This document shows, piece after piece, positions 47,624 to 56,501 of a DNA stretch of 64,000 nt (positions within the stretch are counted from its first letter, which is position 1; each line of letters starts with the position of its first letter). The stretch spans positions 3,968,001 to 4,032,000 of the forward strand of contig OZ242374.1 of NCBI GenBank assembly GCA_965209055.1. The letters are read 5' to 3'. Origin of the DNA: Acidobacteriota bacterium. GTDB lineage: Bacteria > Acidobacteriota > UBA6911 > RPQK01 > JAJDTT01. The notes beneath the pieces were generated by a model, which searched no databases, was not told the DNA's origin, and saw only the letters and a list, made by a program, of their open reading frames with translations. The position numbers and the translations under genes were made by a program.

Positions 47624-47739
47624 GAGCCCCTTTAGTCCAAAAGCGTACAATTCCGAAAAAGAATCTGTTTTCGAGCAATTTAACGAATTCCCCCAAGGTT
47701 TCTCCGCGACAGACTGCGCTGGGCGCGCGCTCGCTGGTC

Positions 47740-47821
47740 TTTTCGCCCTCAGCGCGCACGTGCTCCCTCAAACGTAGTCACTACTACGTTCTCGGTCGCG
47801 AGCACGCGCTGAGGGCGAAAA
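47740..47821. repeat. Long nested inverted repeat (REP/MITE-like hairpin)
   Basis: TTTTCGCCCTCAGCGCG / CGCGCTGAGGGCGAAAA (17 bp perfect), TGCTC/GAGCA, inner AACGTAGT-cact-ACTACGTT. Confidence 0.85.
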
Positions 47822-47860
47822 TCCTGCGCGGTCGTCACGCCCCCTGGTGAAAAATGCGGG

Positions 47861-48217
47861 CTAGAAACGGTTCCGGACCAGACGGTAGGCTGCCAGGACC
47901 AAAGTGATTCCCGCCACGTCCGCCAGCAGGTCTCCAGCGGAGGCGACCCGGCTGGGAACGAAGGACTGATGGATCTCGTCGGTCACCGCAAAGAGCGTTC
48001 CCAGTATCCCGAGCCACACGAGTTGGCGTGTCCGGATTTTCCGCCGCAGTCCTGCGCTTCTTCCCCAGACCAGGGTCAGAGTCAAAAACGCATACTCGAT
48101 GAGATGCAGCAGAGGGTTCAGACCCAATCCGGCTCCGGGCAGACGGCTCTGATGAGAAAGGAAGACGATCAGGCCGATGGTGACGAGAGCCGGAATCCAG
48201 TGCAGGACGGTCCCCAC
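47861..48217 (-). CDS. VanZ family protein
   Basis: HLIEYAFL, DEIHQSFVPSR.AS..DLLAD. Confidence 0.88.
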   Translation of the reverse strand: MGTVLHWIPALVTIGLIVFLSHQSRLPGAGLGLNPLLHLIEYAFLTLTLVWGRSAGLRRKIRTRQLVWLGILGTLFAVTDEIHQSFVPSRVASAGDLLADVAGITLVLAAYRLVRNRF

Positions 48218-48230
48218 GTCGCCACCGTCG

Positions 48231-48401
48231 CTACCACGGAATCAGCTGCATCAGCCACACGGCCGCCAACGATCCCAGAACCAGATAGGCCGTCAGGGAG
48301 AGGAAATACCGGACCCGGTCGCCCGTATCCTCCTTGTTGATCAAGGCGAAGACCGCGCCGATGCTCAACGCCAGAATGACCAGCCCGGCAAGGTGGTTCA
48401 T
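48231..48401 (-). CDS. Small two-helix membrane protein (56 aa)
   Basis: Below ORF-track cutoff; MNHLAGLVILALSIGAVFALINKEDTGDRVRYFLSLTAYLVLGSLAAVWLMQLIPW; ATGA overlap with upstream gene. Confidence 0.75.
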   Translation of the reverse strand: MNHLAGLVILALSIGAVFALINKEDTGDRVRYFLSLTAYLVLGSLAAVWLMQLIPW

Positions 48402-48760
48402 CGCCGATTCCCCGCCGCGATGTCGTAGCTGTCCAGCACCACCAGCATGTTGAGCAACCCTGCCGTGTAGAGGAAGGTATTGCCGTATTCATAGCCGAAA
48501 GAATGGATGTTGCCCGCTCCCCAACCGGCCCATTTCCCGAAGAGGTAGGGAAATCCGATGCTCAGATCGGCGATGAATTTGAGCTTGCCGAAGAACCCTG
48601 GCCCCAAGCCGAAAAGGCGGCCGTCCATGGAGAGTCCGAAGACGAACAATACCATGACGACTGCGAAGAAAAGCAGGCCCCTTGCCCACCGCCCTTGGAG
48701 CAGGTGGCCCGATCCCGGAATCAGCCAGGCGGCCAGACAGAGGGCAATCTTCGTAGGCAC
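48398..48760 (-). CDS. DUF6677-like membrane protein
   Basis: AWLIPGSGH..GRW.RG; EYGNTFLYTAGLLNMLVVLD.YD. Confidence 0.8.
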   Translation of the reverse strand: MPTKIALCLAAWLIPGSGHLLQGRWARGLLFFAVVMVLFVFGLSMDGRLFGLGPGFFGKLKFIADLSIGFPYLFGKWAGWGAGNIHSFGYEYGNTFLYTAGLLNMLVVLDSYDIAAGNRR

Positions 48761-48896
48761 GCCTGAAGAATAGAAAGAGTCGTCCTGGAGTTCAAGCCGC
48801 CGGATTCAGGCTGTCTGCCCGCCCGGATAGAATGACGGAGACAAGACGCAGAACTTTCACCACGGACTGTTAGAATCCCCCGGTCGAGCGACGGCT

Positions 48897-49712
48897 ATGG
48901 AAGATCTGTTCGGATTTCGCGAGTGGCATCCGGTTCTGCAGGCCTTGGGTGCGACTGGATTCACCTGGTTCATGACCGCTCTCGGGGCGGCCCTCGTCTT
49001 TGCCGCCAAGGACCTGAACCGCAAGGTCCTGGATGGCATGTTGGGATTCGCGGCGGGGGTGATGATCGCCGCCAGCTATTGGTCCCTACTGGCCCCGGCC
49101 ATCGAAATGTCGGAGGGAGGGACCCTGCCGGAATGGTTTCCCGCAGCCACCGGATTTCTGATCGGCGCCTCGTTCCTGTGGTGCGTCGACAAGGTGATGC
49201 CCCACCTTCACCTGGGATTTCCAAAATCCGAGTCGGAGGGGATCAAGACCACTTGGCACCGGACGAGCCTGTTGATACTGGCCATTACCATCCACAATAT
49301 TCCGGAGGGCTTGGCCGTCGGGGTGGCGTTCGGATCCCTGGGCGTCGATTCGGCCATGACGCTGGGGTCGGCGGTGGCGCTCGCCATCGGAATCGGACTG
49401 CAAAACCTGCCGGAGGGGGTGGCTGTGGCCATGCCGTTGCGCCGGGAGAAGGTCTCCCGCTTGAAGTGTTTCTGGTACGGTCAACTTTCGGCCGTGGTGG
49501 AGCCGGTGGCCGGCGTCCTGGGGGCCGTCCTGGTCTCTCTTTCGCGGCCGTTGCTGCCCTATGCCTTCGGTTTCGCCGCGGGAGCCATGATTTTCGTCGT
49601 GGTGGAGGAGGTGGTCCCCGAGTCCCAGCGGGCAGGCGACACGGATCTGGCCACCATGGGCGCCATCTTCGGATTCACCGTGATGATGATTCTGGACGTG
49701 GCCCTGGGCTGA
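48897..49712 (+). CDS. ZIP family metal transporter
   Basis: GFAAGVM, HNIPEGLAVG, QNLPEG, FAAGAM. Confidence 0.93.
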   Translation: MEDLFGFREWHPVLQALGATGFTWFMTALGAALVFAAKDLNRKVLDGMLGFAAGVMIAASYWSLLAPAIEMSEGGTLPEWFPAATGFLIGASFLWCVDKVMPHLHLGFPKSESEGIKTTWHRTSLLILAITIHNIPEGLAVGVAFGSLGVDSAMTLGSAVALAIGIGLQNLPEGVAVAMPLRREKVSRLKCFWYGQLSAVVEPVAGVLGAVLVSLSRPLLPYAFGFAAGAMIFVVVEEVVPESQRAGDTDLATMGAIFGFTVMMILDVALG

Positions 49713-49833
49713 ATGGACGGTCCGCATCGACGGCGGACCCGGCCCGGGAAGGGCCGGAAGCGGCGCCGCACGAGGTTATGGTTTTTCGCCCGGCTCGGAA
49801 TCGCCCTCCCTCTGAATCCCGGTCTGGAGGAAT

Positions 49834-50835
49834 ATGGCGCGAAGACGTTCCACTCTGATCCTGGGAATCGGTCTGCTCCAGACATGGTTGGTGGTGGGCA
49901 GTCTGGGATTTTCCTGGATCGAGGGCTGGTCGCTGCTGGACAGTGTCTACATGACCGTCATCACCATCTCCACGGTGGGATACGGAGAGGTGGAGCCGCT
50001 TTCGGCCTATGGAAAGGCGTTCGCCACCTTCCTGATCGTGGCGGGTCTGGGGACGGCGATCTATACCTTTACCGCCCTGGGCCAGACGTTGCTGGAAGGA
50101 GAGTTGGCGGAAGCATTGGGGAGACGGCGCATGAAAAGCGATCTGGGCAAGCTCGAAGACCACTTCATCGTCTGCGGCCACGGGCGGGTGGGCCGCACCG
50201 TGGCGATCGAGCTGGGCCGCCGCAATCTGCCCTTCTGCGTGATCGAGGCCGACCCGGCCGCAGAGGAGGATCTGAGACGGCTCCGCTATGGGCATGTGAT
50301 CGGCGACGCCACTGAAGATCGAAATCTACTCCTCGCCGGGTTGGCCCGGGCCAAGGCGGTGTTCGCCCTGCTGCCGTCGGATGCCGACAACCTGTACCTG
50401 ACTCTGACGGCCAAGGGTCTCAATCCATCGGTGGTGGCCGTGGCCCGGGCCTCCGGCAAGAGTGCGGAGACGAAGCTGGAAAGGGCCGGAGCCGATCATG
50501 TGGTGTCGCCGTACGAGCTGGTGGGACTGAGGCTGCTTCACAAGGTCCTGAGTCCGGCGCTGGTGGAGTTCATGGACCTGGTGATCCGTCGGGAACGCCT
50601 GCAACTCGTCATGGAGGAGATTCAAATCGCTTCGGACTCGGAGGTGGCGGGACGCTCCATCGAAGAGTCCAGGATCCGGAGCGGGTACGGTCTGATCATC
50701 GTTGCCGTCAAACGCTCCCGGTCTCCCGTGGTCTTCAACCCCGATGACGCCGTGAAGATCGGAGCCGGAGACGTGCTGGTGGTGCTGGGCCCGGAGGACC
50801 GGGTCCGAGAGTTGGCCCGAGCCAAGCGCGGGTGA
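49834..50835 (+). CDS. Potassium channel with RCK (TrkA-N/C) domains
   Basis: TISTVGYGE selectivity filter; IVCGHGRVG; GDAT; FNPD. Confidence 0.93.
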   Translation: MARRRSTLILGIGLLQTWLVVGSLGFSWIEGWSLLDSVYMTVITISTVGYGEVEPLSAYGKAFATFLIVAGLGTAIYTFTALGQTLLEGELAEALGRRRMKSDLGKLEDHFIVCGHGRVGRTVAIELGRRNLPFCVIEADPAAEEDLRRLRYGHVIGDATEDRNLLLAGLARAKAVFALLPSDADNLYLTLTAKGLNPSVVAVARASGKSAETKLERAGADHVVSPYELVGLRLLHKVLSPALVEFMDLVIRRERLQLVMEEIQIASDSEVAGRSIEESRIRSGYGLIIVAVKRSRSPVVFNPDDAVKIGAGDVLVVLGPEDRVRELARAKRG

Positions 50836-50957
50836 CGGCGGCTGGTCCTGACACCTGCCGGCGCCGGCGTGGCCGCCGTATCTGGCATTTGGCAGGGGAT
50901 TCGTGTAAAGTAAAGCGGTCTTCGCGAGCGCGTCTGAAAGGAAGGACGGGTAGATTT

Positions 50958-50993
50958 GGCGCCGGTGGGAGTGTTCCCGCCAGCCATTTCTTT
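50958..50993 (+). terminator. Possible intrinsic terminator/attenuator upstream of korA
   Basis: GGTGGGA-gtgt-TCCCGCC stem with outer TGGC/GCCA followed by TTTCTTT. Confidence 0.4.
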
Positions 50994-51067
50994 ATTCGGA
51001 TACGAGTTTCGACCCTGGCGGAGTTCACGAGCGACTCGTCCGGGTCCGCCCCCAACTCGAGGAGAGA

Positions 51068-52855
51068 ATGGATATGAGTTCGGGACAGTTCGATTTTGCC
51101 TTGGCCATCGGTGGCGCTGCCGGTCAGGGAATTGCGACGCCGGGAAACATCCTGGCTCGAATCTTCGTGCGGCGCGGCGTTCACCTGCACGCATACAATG
51201 CCTACCAGTCCATCATTCGCGGTGGGCACATTTTTCTTACGATTCGGCTCAAGGACGGCTATCCATCGACTCACGGCGACAAGCTGGATCTCCTGGTCTG
51301 CCTGAATCAGGACACCATGAACCGGCATCTTGGTTTGCTGGGCCCGGGTGCTTGCGCCATCTACAACAGCGACGCCATCACGCCCGGGGACGCCGCCGAT
51401 GGAGTCCAGTTGTGCCCCATGCCGGTCGTGGACCTGACCAGCGGCAATCGGAACCGGCTGGTCCAGAACACCGTCGCCCTGGGTGTGATGGTGTCCCTGC
51501 TGCGATTGGACTTCGATGTGCTGGCTGGCGCGTTGAAGCTCCAGTTCGGGCGTAAGGGGCAGGCCGTGGTGGACGAAAATGTCACGGTAGCGGAAGCCGG
51601 ATACAAGTTCGCCGAAATCAACTTCGATCCTTTTCCCGTCCAAGTCCCGGTGGGACCGAAACCGCTTGCGGTCTGGACCGGCAACGATGCCCTGGCCATG
51701 GGCGGAGCCGCCGGCGGCTGCAAGTTCTATTGCGCTTATCCCATGAGCCCGTCGACCGGCGTGCTCCACTGGATGGCCAGGAATGCCCCGGAATTGGGGA
51801 TCATGGTGCGTCAGGTCGAGGATGAGATCGGAGTCGCCAACATGGCGATCGGTGCGGCGCATGCCGGAGCCCGGAGCATGTGCGCCACCTCGGGTGGCGG
51901 ATTCGCGCTCATGACCGAAGCCATCGGCGCAGCCGCCATGATGGAGATCCCGGTGGTCTTCATCGACGTGCAGCGGGCGGGTCCGTCCACCGGAGTCCCC
52001 ACGAAGACGGAACAGGGGGACTTGTGGCAGATGCTGGGGGCGAGCCAGGGAGACTTCCAGCGTTTCATCGTTGCCCCTAAGAACGCGCTTGACGCCTTCA
52101 ACACGGTTCCCGAGGTCTTCAATTTGACCGATCGATATCAGTGCCCGGGCATCGTGCTTTCCGATCTGTTGATTTCGGAGGGGACCTTCAGCGTCGATCC
52201 GGACGACATCGATTTTCAACCTGTGATCGACCGGGGCCAATTGATTACCGAGCACTCCGCGACCGACGGCTACAAACGCTACCTGGACACCGACAGTGGG
52301 GTGTCTCCGCGGGCCATCCCCGGGCTGGAGGGATACGTCCATGTCGTGGCCACCGACGAGCATGACGAGGACGGAGTGCTGATCAGCGACGAGTTCACGA
52401 ATCCCCACAAACGCCGTCAGATGGTGGAGAAACGAGCCCGAAAGTTCGACAGGGTGCTGGAGGACATCGAGGCGCCCCGGTTGGAAGGCGCGGCGGAAGC
52501 TGAGGCCACGCTGGTCGGTTGGGGATCCACCTATGGCGTGATCCAGGAGGCCATCGAACAGCTCGAGGAGCAGGGGGTTCAGATCAACCATCTGCCCATC
52601 AAGTGGATCGTCCCGTTGCACGGCGACGCCATCCTGGAGGCTCTGGCAGGGGCCAAAAGGACCATCATTGTCGAGAACAACCACTCGGGACAGTTTGCCC
52701 GGTACCTCCGAGGCGAGACCGGTTTCGTGGCGGATGGCCACATCCGAAAGTATGACGGCGAACCCTTCATGCCCCACCACATCGTGGAAGCGGTGCTGGA
52801 GCAGTTGAGGGGCAAAACGAACCACTCCGTTCCTTACCAGGAGATCATGGTATAG
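51068..52855 (+). CDS. korA: 2-oxoacid:ferredoxin oxidoreductase alpha subunit (fused gamma-alpha)
   Basis: GGAAGQGI, IRGGH, YPMSPST, EDEI, ATSGGGF, QRAGPSTG, GWGST; substrate not determined. Confidence 0.92.
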   Translation: MDMSSGQFDFALAIGGAAGQGIATPGNILARIFVRRGVHLHAYNAYQSIIRGGHIFLTIRLKDGYPSTHGDKLDLLVCLNQDTMNRHLGLLGPGACAIYNSDAITPGDAADGVQLCPMPVVDLTSGNRNRLVQNTVALGVMVSLLRLDFDVLAGALKLQFGRKGQAVVDENVTVAEAGYKFAEINFDPFPVQVPVGPKPLAVWTGNDALAMGGAAGGCKFYCAYPMSPSTGVLHWMARNAPELGIMVRQVEDEIGVANMAIGAAHAGARSMCATSGGGFALMTEAIGAAAMMEIPVVFIDVQRAGPSTGVPTKTEQGDLWQMLGASQGDFQRFIVAPKNALDAFNTVPEVFNLTDRYQCPGIVLSDLLISEGTFSVDPDDIDFQPVIDRGQLITEHSATDGYKRYLDTDSGVSPRAIPGLEGYVHVVATDEHDEDGVLISDEFTNPHKRRQMVEKRARKFDRVLEDIEAPRLEGAAEAEATLVGWGSTYGVIQEAIEQLEEQGVQINHLPIKWIVPLHGDAILEALAGAKRTIIVENNHSGQFARYLRGETGFVADGHIRKYDGEPFMPHHIVEAVLEQLRGKTNHSVPYQEIMV

Positions 52856-52910
52856 GAGAAGCAAAACAGGTCGGTTCCGGTCAGCGGCCGACACAGGAAA
52901 GGGAAGTATC

Positions 52911-53813
52911 ATGAGTATGGCTGTCACTCAACAAGCATCGGTCAAGCCCTTGAAGGCAAAGGATTTCAAGGGAAAGGTCGAACCGGACTGGTGCGCCGGA
53001 TGCGGAGATTTCGGCGTCCTGCGGACGCTGCAAAGGGCCTGCGCCGAGTTGGGTCTCCAACCTCATGAGATCCTCACGGTCAGCGGGATCGGATGTTCTT
53101 CGAATCTGCCGGGGTACTTCAACGGCTACGGAATGCACACCCTGCACGGCCGGGCGCTGGCGGTGGCCACGGGCGCGCAAATGGCCAATCACGAGTTGAC
53201 GGTCGTGGCGACCGGCGGAGACGGAGACGGCTACGGAATCGGCGGCAACCACTTCACCCATACGGCCCGCCGCAACGTGGACATGACCTACCTGGTCATG
53301 AACAATCAGATTTATGGTCTGACCACCGGGCAGGTTTCTCCGACCAGCGAAGAGGGAATGAAGACCAAGAGCACTCCCTACGGCAGTGTCGAGATGCCGG
53401 TGAACCCCATTACTTCAGCCATCATGAACGGCGCCACCTATGTGGCTCGCGGGTTCAGCGGACAGGCGCTTCACCTGGTGAATCTTATCAAGCAAGCCAT
53501 CCTGCACAAAGGGTTTGCCTTGGTGGACGTCTTCAGTCCCTGCGTCACCTTCAACCACGACAACGACTACAAGTTCTTCAAGCCCCGGGTCAGGAAGCTG
53601 GAGGACATCGAGCACGACACCACCGACTGGAAGGCCGCCTGCGAGAAGGCGATGGTCTGGGGTGACGACATCTACATCGGCTGCTTCTTCCAGAAGTTGG
53701 CCCCTTCCCTCCACAACCTGGAAGGGGTTCTGGACGAAGGCGGACCCCTGGCGCACCGGGAACTGGGCGTCACCAACGAGCAGGCGCAACGCATCATCAA
53801 GCGGATGATGTAG
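52911..53813 (+). CDS. korB: 2-oxoacid:ferredoxin oxidoreductase beta subunit
   Basis: WCAGCGD, SGIGCS, HGRA, GGDGD..NNQIYGLT, SPCVTFN. Confidence 0.93.
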   Translation: MSMAVTQQASVKPLKAKDFKGKVEPDWCAGCGDFGVLRTLQRACAELGLQPHEILTVSGIGCSSNLPGYFNGYGMHTLHGRALAVATGAQMANHELTVVATGGDGDGYGIGGNHFTHTARRNVDMTYLVMNNQIYGLTTGQVSPTSEEGMKTKSTPYGSVEMPVNPITSAIMNGATYVARGFSGQALHLVNLIKQAILHKGFALVDVFSPCVTFNHDNDYKFFKPRVRKLEDIEHDTTDWKAACEKAMVWGDDIYIGCFFQKLAPSLHNLEGVLDEGGPLAHRELGVTNEQAQRIIKRMM

Positions 53814-53964
53814 TCTTGACCGACCGTGTCGTCACGGCGCCGCGGAATCGCTGTAAGGCTCGACCGGAAACCGGAGTCGCGACTATCCGGGGGCGTTTGC
53901 ATCTTAACTACTTGCCGTCGGGTGGGACCTTAAGAGGCTGGGGACGCTTCGATCGGATGTTGAT

Positions 53965-54048
53965 GGAACGGTATTCCCGGGGCATCGGACGCCGGGAATA
54001 CCGGTTCCAACTACCGTAACCGGGGAGACCGTGAAACGGTTTTCCCCG
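53965..54048. repeat. Two adjacent strong hairpins in korB-hemG spacer
   Basis: GGAACGGTATTCCCGG...CCGGGAATACCGGTTCC (16 bp, one bulge) and CGGGGAGACCGT-gaa-ACGGTTTTCCCCG. Confidence 0.6.
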
Positions 54049-54186
54049 CAGCGGGCCGCCGGAGGCTTCAGCCATGAAGCGGGCGATTCTGGCCGACCCA
54101 TCTCTCTATCCTCAAGCCCGAACCTGGGACCGAAACTCCAAAAATCCGGCGCTCTCCATTATCATTCAGGCATTCGACGTCCCTCA

Positions 54187-55596
54187 ATGCCTTCCGGACT
54201 GAGGGTAGGAATCGTCGGCGGAGGACTCTCCGGACTGGCGGCGGCCTACTACCTGAGCCGAGCAAGCTCCGCTGAAGGACTGGACCTGGAGATTACGCTC
54301 CTGGAGAAGGCGCCTCGCCTGGGTGGAGTCGTCCGCTCGAGACGCGTTGGCGACTTCCTCCTGGAAGACGGCCCCGAAGCCTTTGTTTCCTACAAGCCGG
54401 CGGCTCAGGACCTGGCCCATGAACTGGGCCTCGGCGCCGACCTTCTGGGGTCCAGGGATGACCGGCGCAAGGTCTACGTCCTGGGGCCGGAAGGTCTGAA
54501 CCCGCTTCCGGAAGGCATGGTCTTTCTCGCCCCGGTTCGGAGGCGAGCCTTCTGGTCCTCGGCCACATTGAGTCCGGCGGGCAAGCTGCGAGCCCTTCTG
54601 GAACCGTGGATCCCACGTTCCCGGATGGACACCAGTGTCCAGAAATTCTTCCATCGGCGCCTGGGCCGGGAGTTCACCCGCCGGGTCGCGGAACCTCTGG
54701 TTTCAGCCATCTACGGAGGCAACATCCGTCATTTGAGCATGGAAAGCGCTCTGCCTCTCCTCTACCGGTTGGAGCAGACCCAGGGAAGCCTCCGGAAAGG
54801 ATTCCTTCGCCGGCCCCTCGAGAGTTCATCCCAGCCGCTCCCCCTCTTCCTGACCCTGCGCAACGGGATGCAGCAGTTGACGGATGCCCTCGGAAAGCGC
54901 CTCCCAGGAGTCCGGATCCGCACCGGAGTCGCCGGGTTGCGCCTGACCGCCGTTGCCAGGAGCAGGTATCGACTGCAAGGAGACGGGTTCGACGGGGTCC
55001 AGGACGGGGTCATCCTGTCGACTCCGGCGCCGGCGGCCTCAAGGCTCCTCGCCGGTTTGACCGCGGAAGACAGCTCTCCCCTGAGCCGGGTTCCCTATAC
55101 GTCGACCCGGATCGTCTATCTGGCCTACAGGCGATCCGAGTTCTCGCATCCCCTGAACGGATTCGGCTTCGTCGCGTCCGAGGGGGCGGACACGGTGCTG
55201 GATGCCTGCACCTGGGTCAGCAGCAAGTTCGATGAGCGGTGTCCCCCGGACTCGGTTCTGCTTCGATGTGCCGTCCACGACGGGCGCCGGCGCCGGACGG
55301 GGATGAGCGAGGATGAGAGTGTGGCCCGGACGCACCAGGAACTCCGGCGGATTCTGAAGATCTCCTGTTCCCCCACCCTGAGCTACGTCTGGGACCATGG
55401 CCCGGTCATGCCCCAACCCGTCGTCGGACACGCCAGGAGGATGGAAGCAATCCGCGCTACCCTGAACAAATTCCCGGGGATCTACCTGACCGGCGCCTTC
55501 ATCGGTGGAGTCGGAATCCCCGACTGCATCGAGACTTCCCGGAAGGTCGCGGAAGAGGTTGCCGTACGCGCTCGCCAGCGCATGCACGGTGACTAG
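54187..55596 (+). CDS. hemG: HemY-type (copro/proto)porphyrinogen oxidase
   Basis: IVGGGLSGLAAAY, RLGG, EDGPEAF, EPLVSAIYGG, GVGIPDCI; start ATG 54187. Confidence 0.9.
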   Translation: MPSGLRVGIVGGGLSGLAAAYYLSRASSAEGLDLEITLLEKAPRLGGVVRSRRVGDFLLEDGPEAFVSYKPAAQDLAHELGLGADLLGSRDDRRKVYVLGPEGLNPLPEGMVFLAPVRRRAFWSSATLSPAGKLRALLEPWIPRSRMDTSVQKFFHRRLGREFTRRVAEPLVSAIYGGNIRHLSMESALPLLYRLEQTQGSLRKGFLRRPLESSSQPLPLFLTLRNGMQQLTDALGKRLPGVRIRTGVAGLRLTAVARSRYRLQGDGFDGVQDGVILSTPAPAASRLLAGLTAEDSSPLSRVPYTSTRIVYLAYRRSEFSHPLNGFGFVASEGADTVLDACTWVSSKFDERCPPDSVLLRCAVHDGRRRRTGMSEDESVARTHQELRRILKISCSPTLSYVWDHGPVMPQPVVGHARRMEAIRATLNKFPGIYLTGAFIGGVGIPDCIETSRKVAEEVAVRARQRMHGD

Positions 55597-56495
55597 TCCA
55601 CGTCACGGGCGCAGCGGAAACCCAGATTTGTCAGGCCCGAATCGGGGGCGGTCTTCTGACGCGCGGCCACGCGGTAGCCTTGGCAGTAGTTGACGCTGCA
55701 CATCCAGGAGCCTCCCCGGATCACCCGCTCGGAACCCTTCGCGGGACCCGCCGGATTTCGGGCGCCGCCGGAATGGCGGTAGTAGTCGTTCCGGTACCAG
55801 TCCCGGGTCCATTCCCACACGTTGCCGCCCATGTCGTAGAGCCCGTAGCCATTGGCGGGGAAGGAGCCGACGGGCGCCGTGGTGCGGAACCCGTCCAGCA
55901 CCTGGTGCCGGACGGGAAACACGCCCTGCCACAGGTTGGCCATGTGCCGGTCGTCAGGATTCAGGTCGGCGCCCCAGGGAAAGGGACCCTGATCCAGACC
56001 CCCGCGGGCTGCCCATTCCCATTCCGCTTCGGTGGGCAGCCGCTTTCCAACCCACTGGGCGTAGGCAACGGCGTCGTTCCATGAGACGTGGACCACCGGG
56101 TGGTCCAGCCGATCTTCGATAGAGGAATCGGGACCCGTGGGATGTCTCCAGGAGGCCCCCGTCACCGGGTTCCAGGCTTCCTCTTCTTCGGAAAACACGC
56201 CCGACCAACCAAAGGTCTCCGCCTCGGTTCTGTGGTCGGTCTCGGTGACGAAGTCGCGAAACTGGCGATTGGTGACCTCGTAGCGATCCAACCAGAAGGA
56301 GCTGACGCTGACCCGGTGCGGAGGGCCCTCGAAGGGAAATCCCTGATCCGTCCCCATGAGAAAGGTGCCTTGGGGAATTTGCACCATCTCTTCAGGCGGT
56401 GGTTGGGGCACGGTCCGGCAGGAGGAGAAAGCCATGCAGACGAGTGACCCCAAGACGACGAACTGATCGACCGGACGGTTGAAGGCTTTCGTCAC
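55593..56495 (-). CDS. Formylglycine-generating enzyme (SUMF1) family lipoprotein
   Basis: FLMG, HPVVHVSWNDA, RLPTEAEWE, GNVWEW, RGGSWMCSVNYC (both Cys), GFRC. Confidence 0.92.
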   Translation of the reverse strand: MTKAFNRPVDQFVVLGSLVCMAFSSCRTVPQPPPEEMVQIPQGTFLMGTDQGFPFEGPPHRVSVSSFWLDRYEVTNRQFRDFVTETDHRTEAETFGWSGVFSEEEEAWNPVTGASWRHPTGPDSSIEDRLDHPVVHVSWNDAVAYAQWVGKRLPTEAEWEWAARGGLDQGPFPWGADLNPDDRHMANLWQGVFPVRHQVLDGFRTTAPVGSFPANGYGLYDMGGNVWEWTRDWYRNDYYRHSGGARNPAGPAKGSERVIRGGSWMCSVNYCQGYRVAARQKTAPDSGLTNLGFRCARDVD

Positions 56496-56501
56496 GAGTG
56501 G

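Larger units (their letters stand above)
45206..47655 (+). mobile_element. IS1595-family transporter IS with methyltransferase passenger
   Basis: Perfect 22 bp TIRs CGGAATTGTACGCTTTTGGACT (45206-45227; 47634-47655); 8 bp TSD AAAAAGAA (45198-45205; 47656-47663). Confidence 0.95.
45159..47864. mobile_element. MITE-like element (~248 bp when empty) interrupted by the IS1595 insertion
   Basis: Imperfect TIRs: 45159-45180 CCAGCCCGAATTTCTCACCAGG vs reverse complement of 47843-47864 CTAGCCCGCATTTTTCACCAGG (19/22); internal nested hairpin. Confidence 0.6.

Noticed and set aside
50735-52927. 730 aa minus-strand ORF
   Set aside because: Shadow of the oxidoreductase alpha gene
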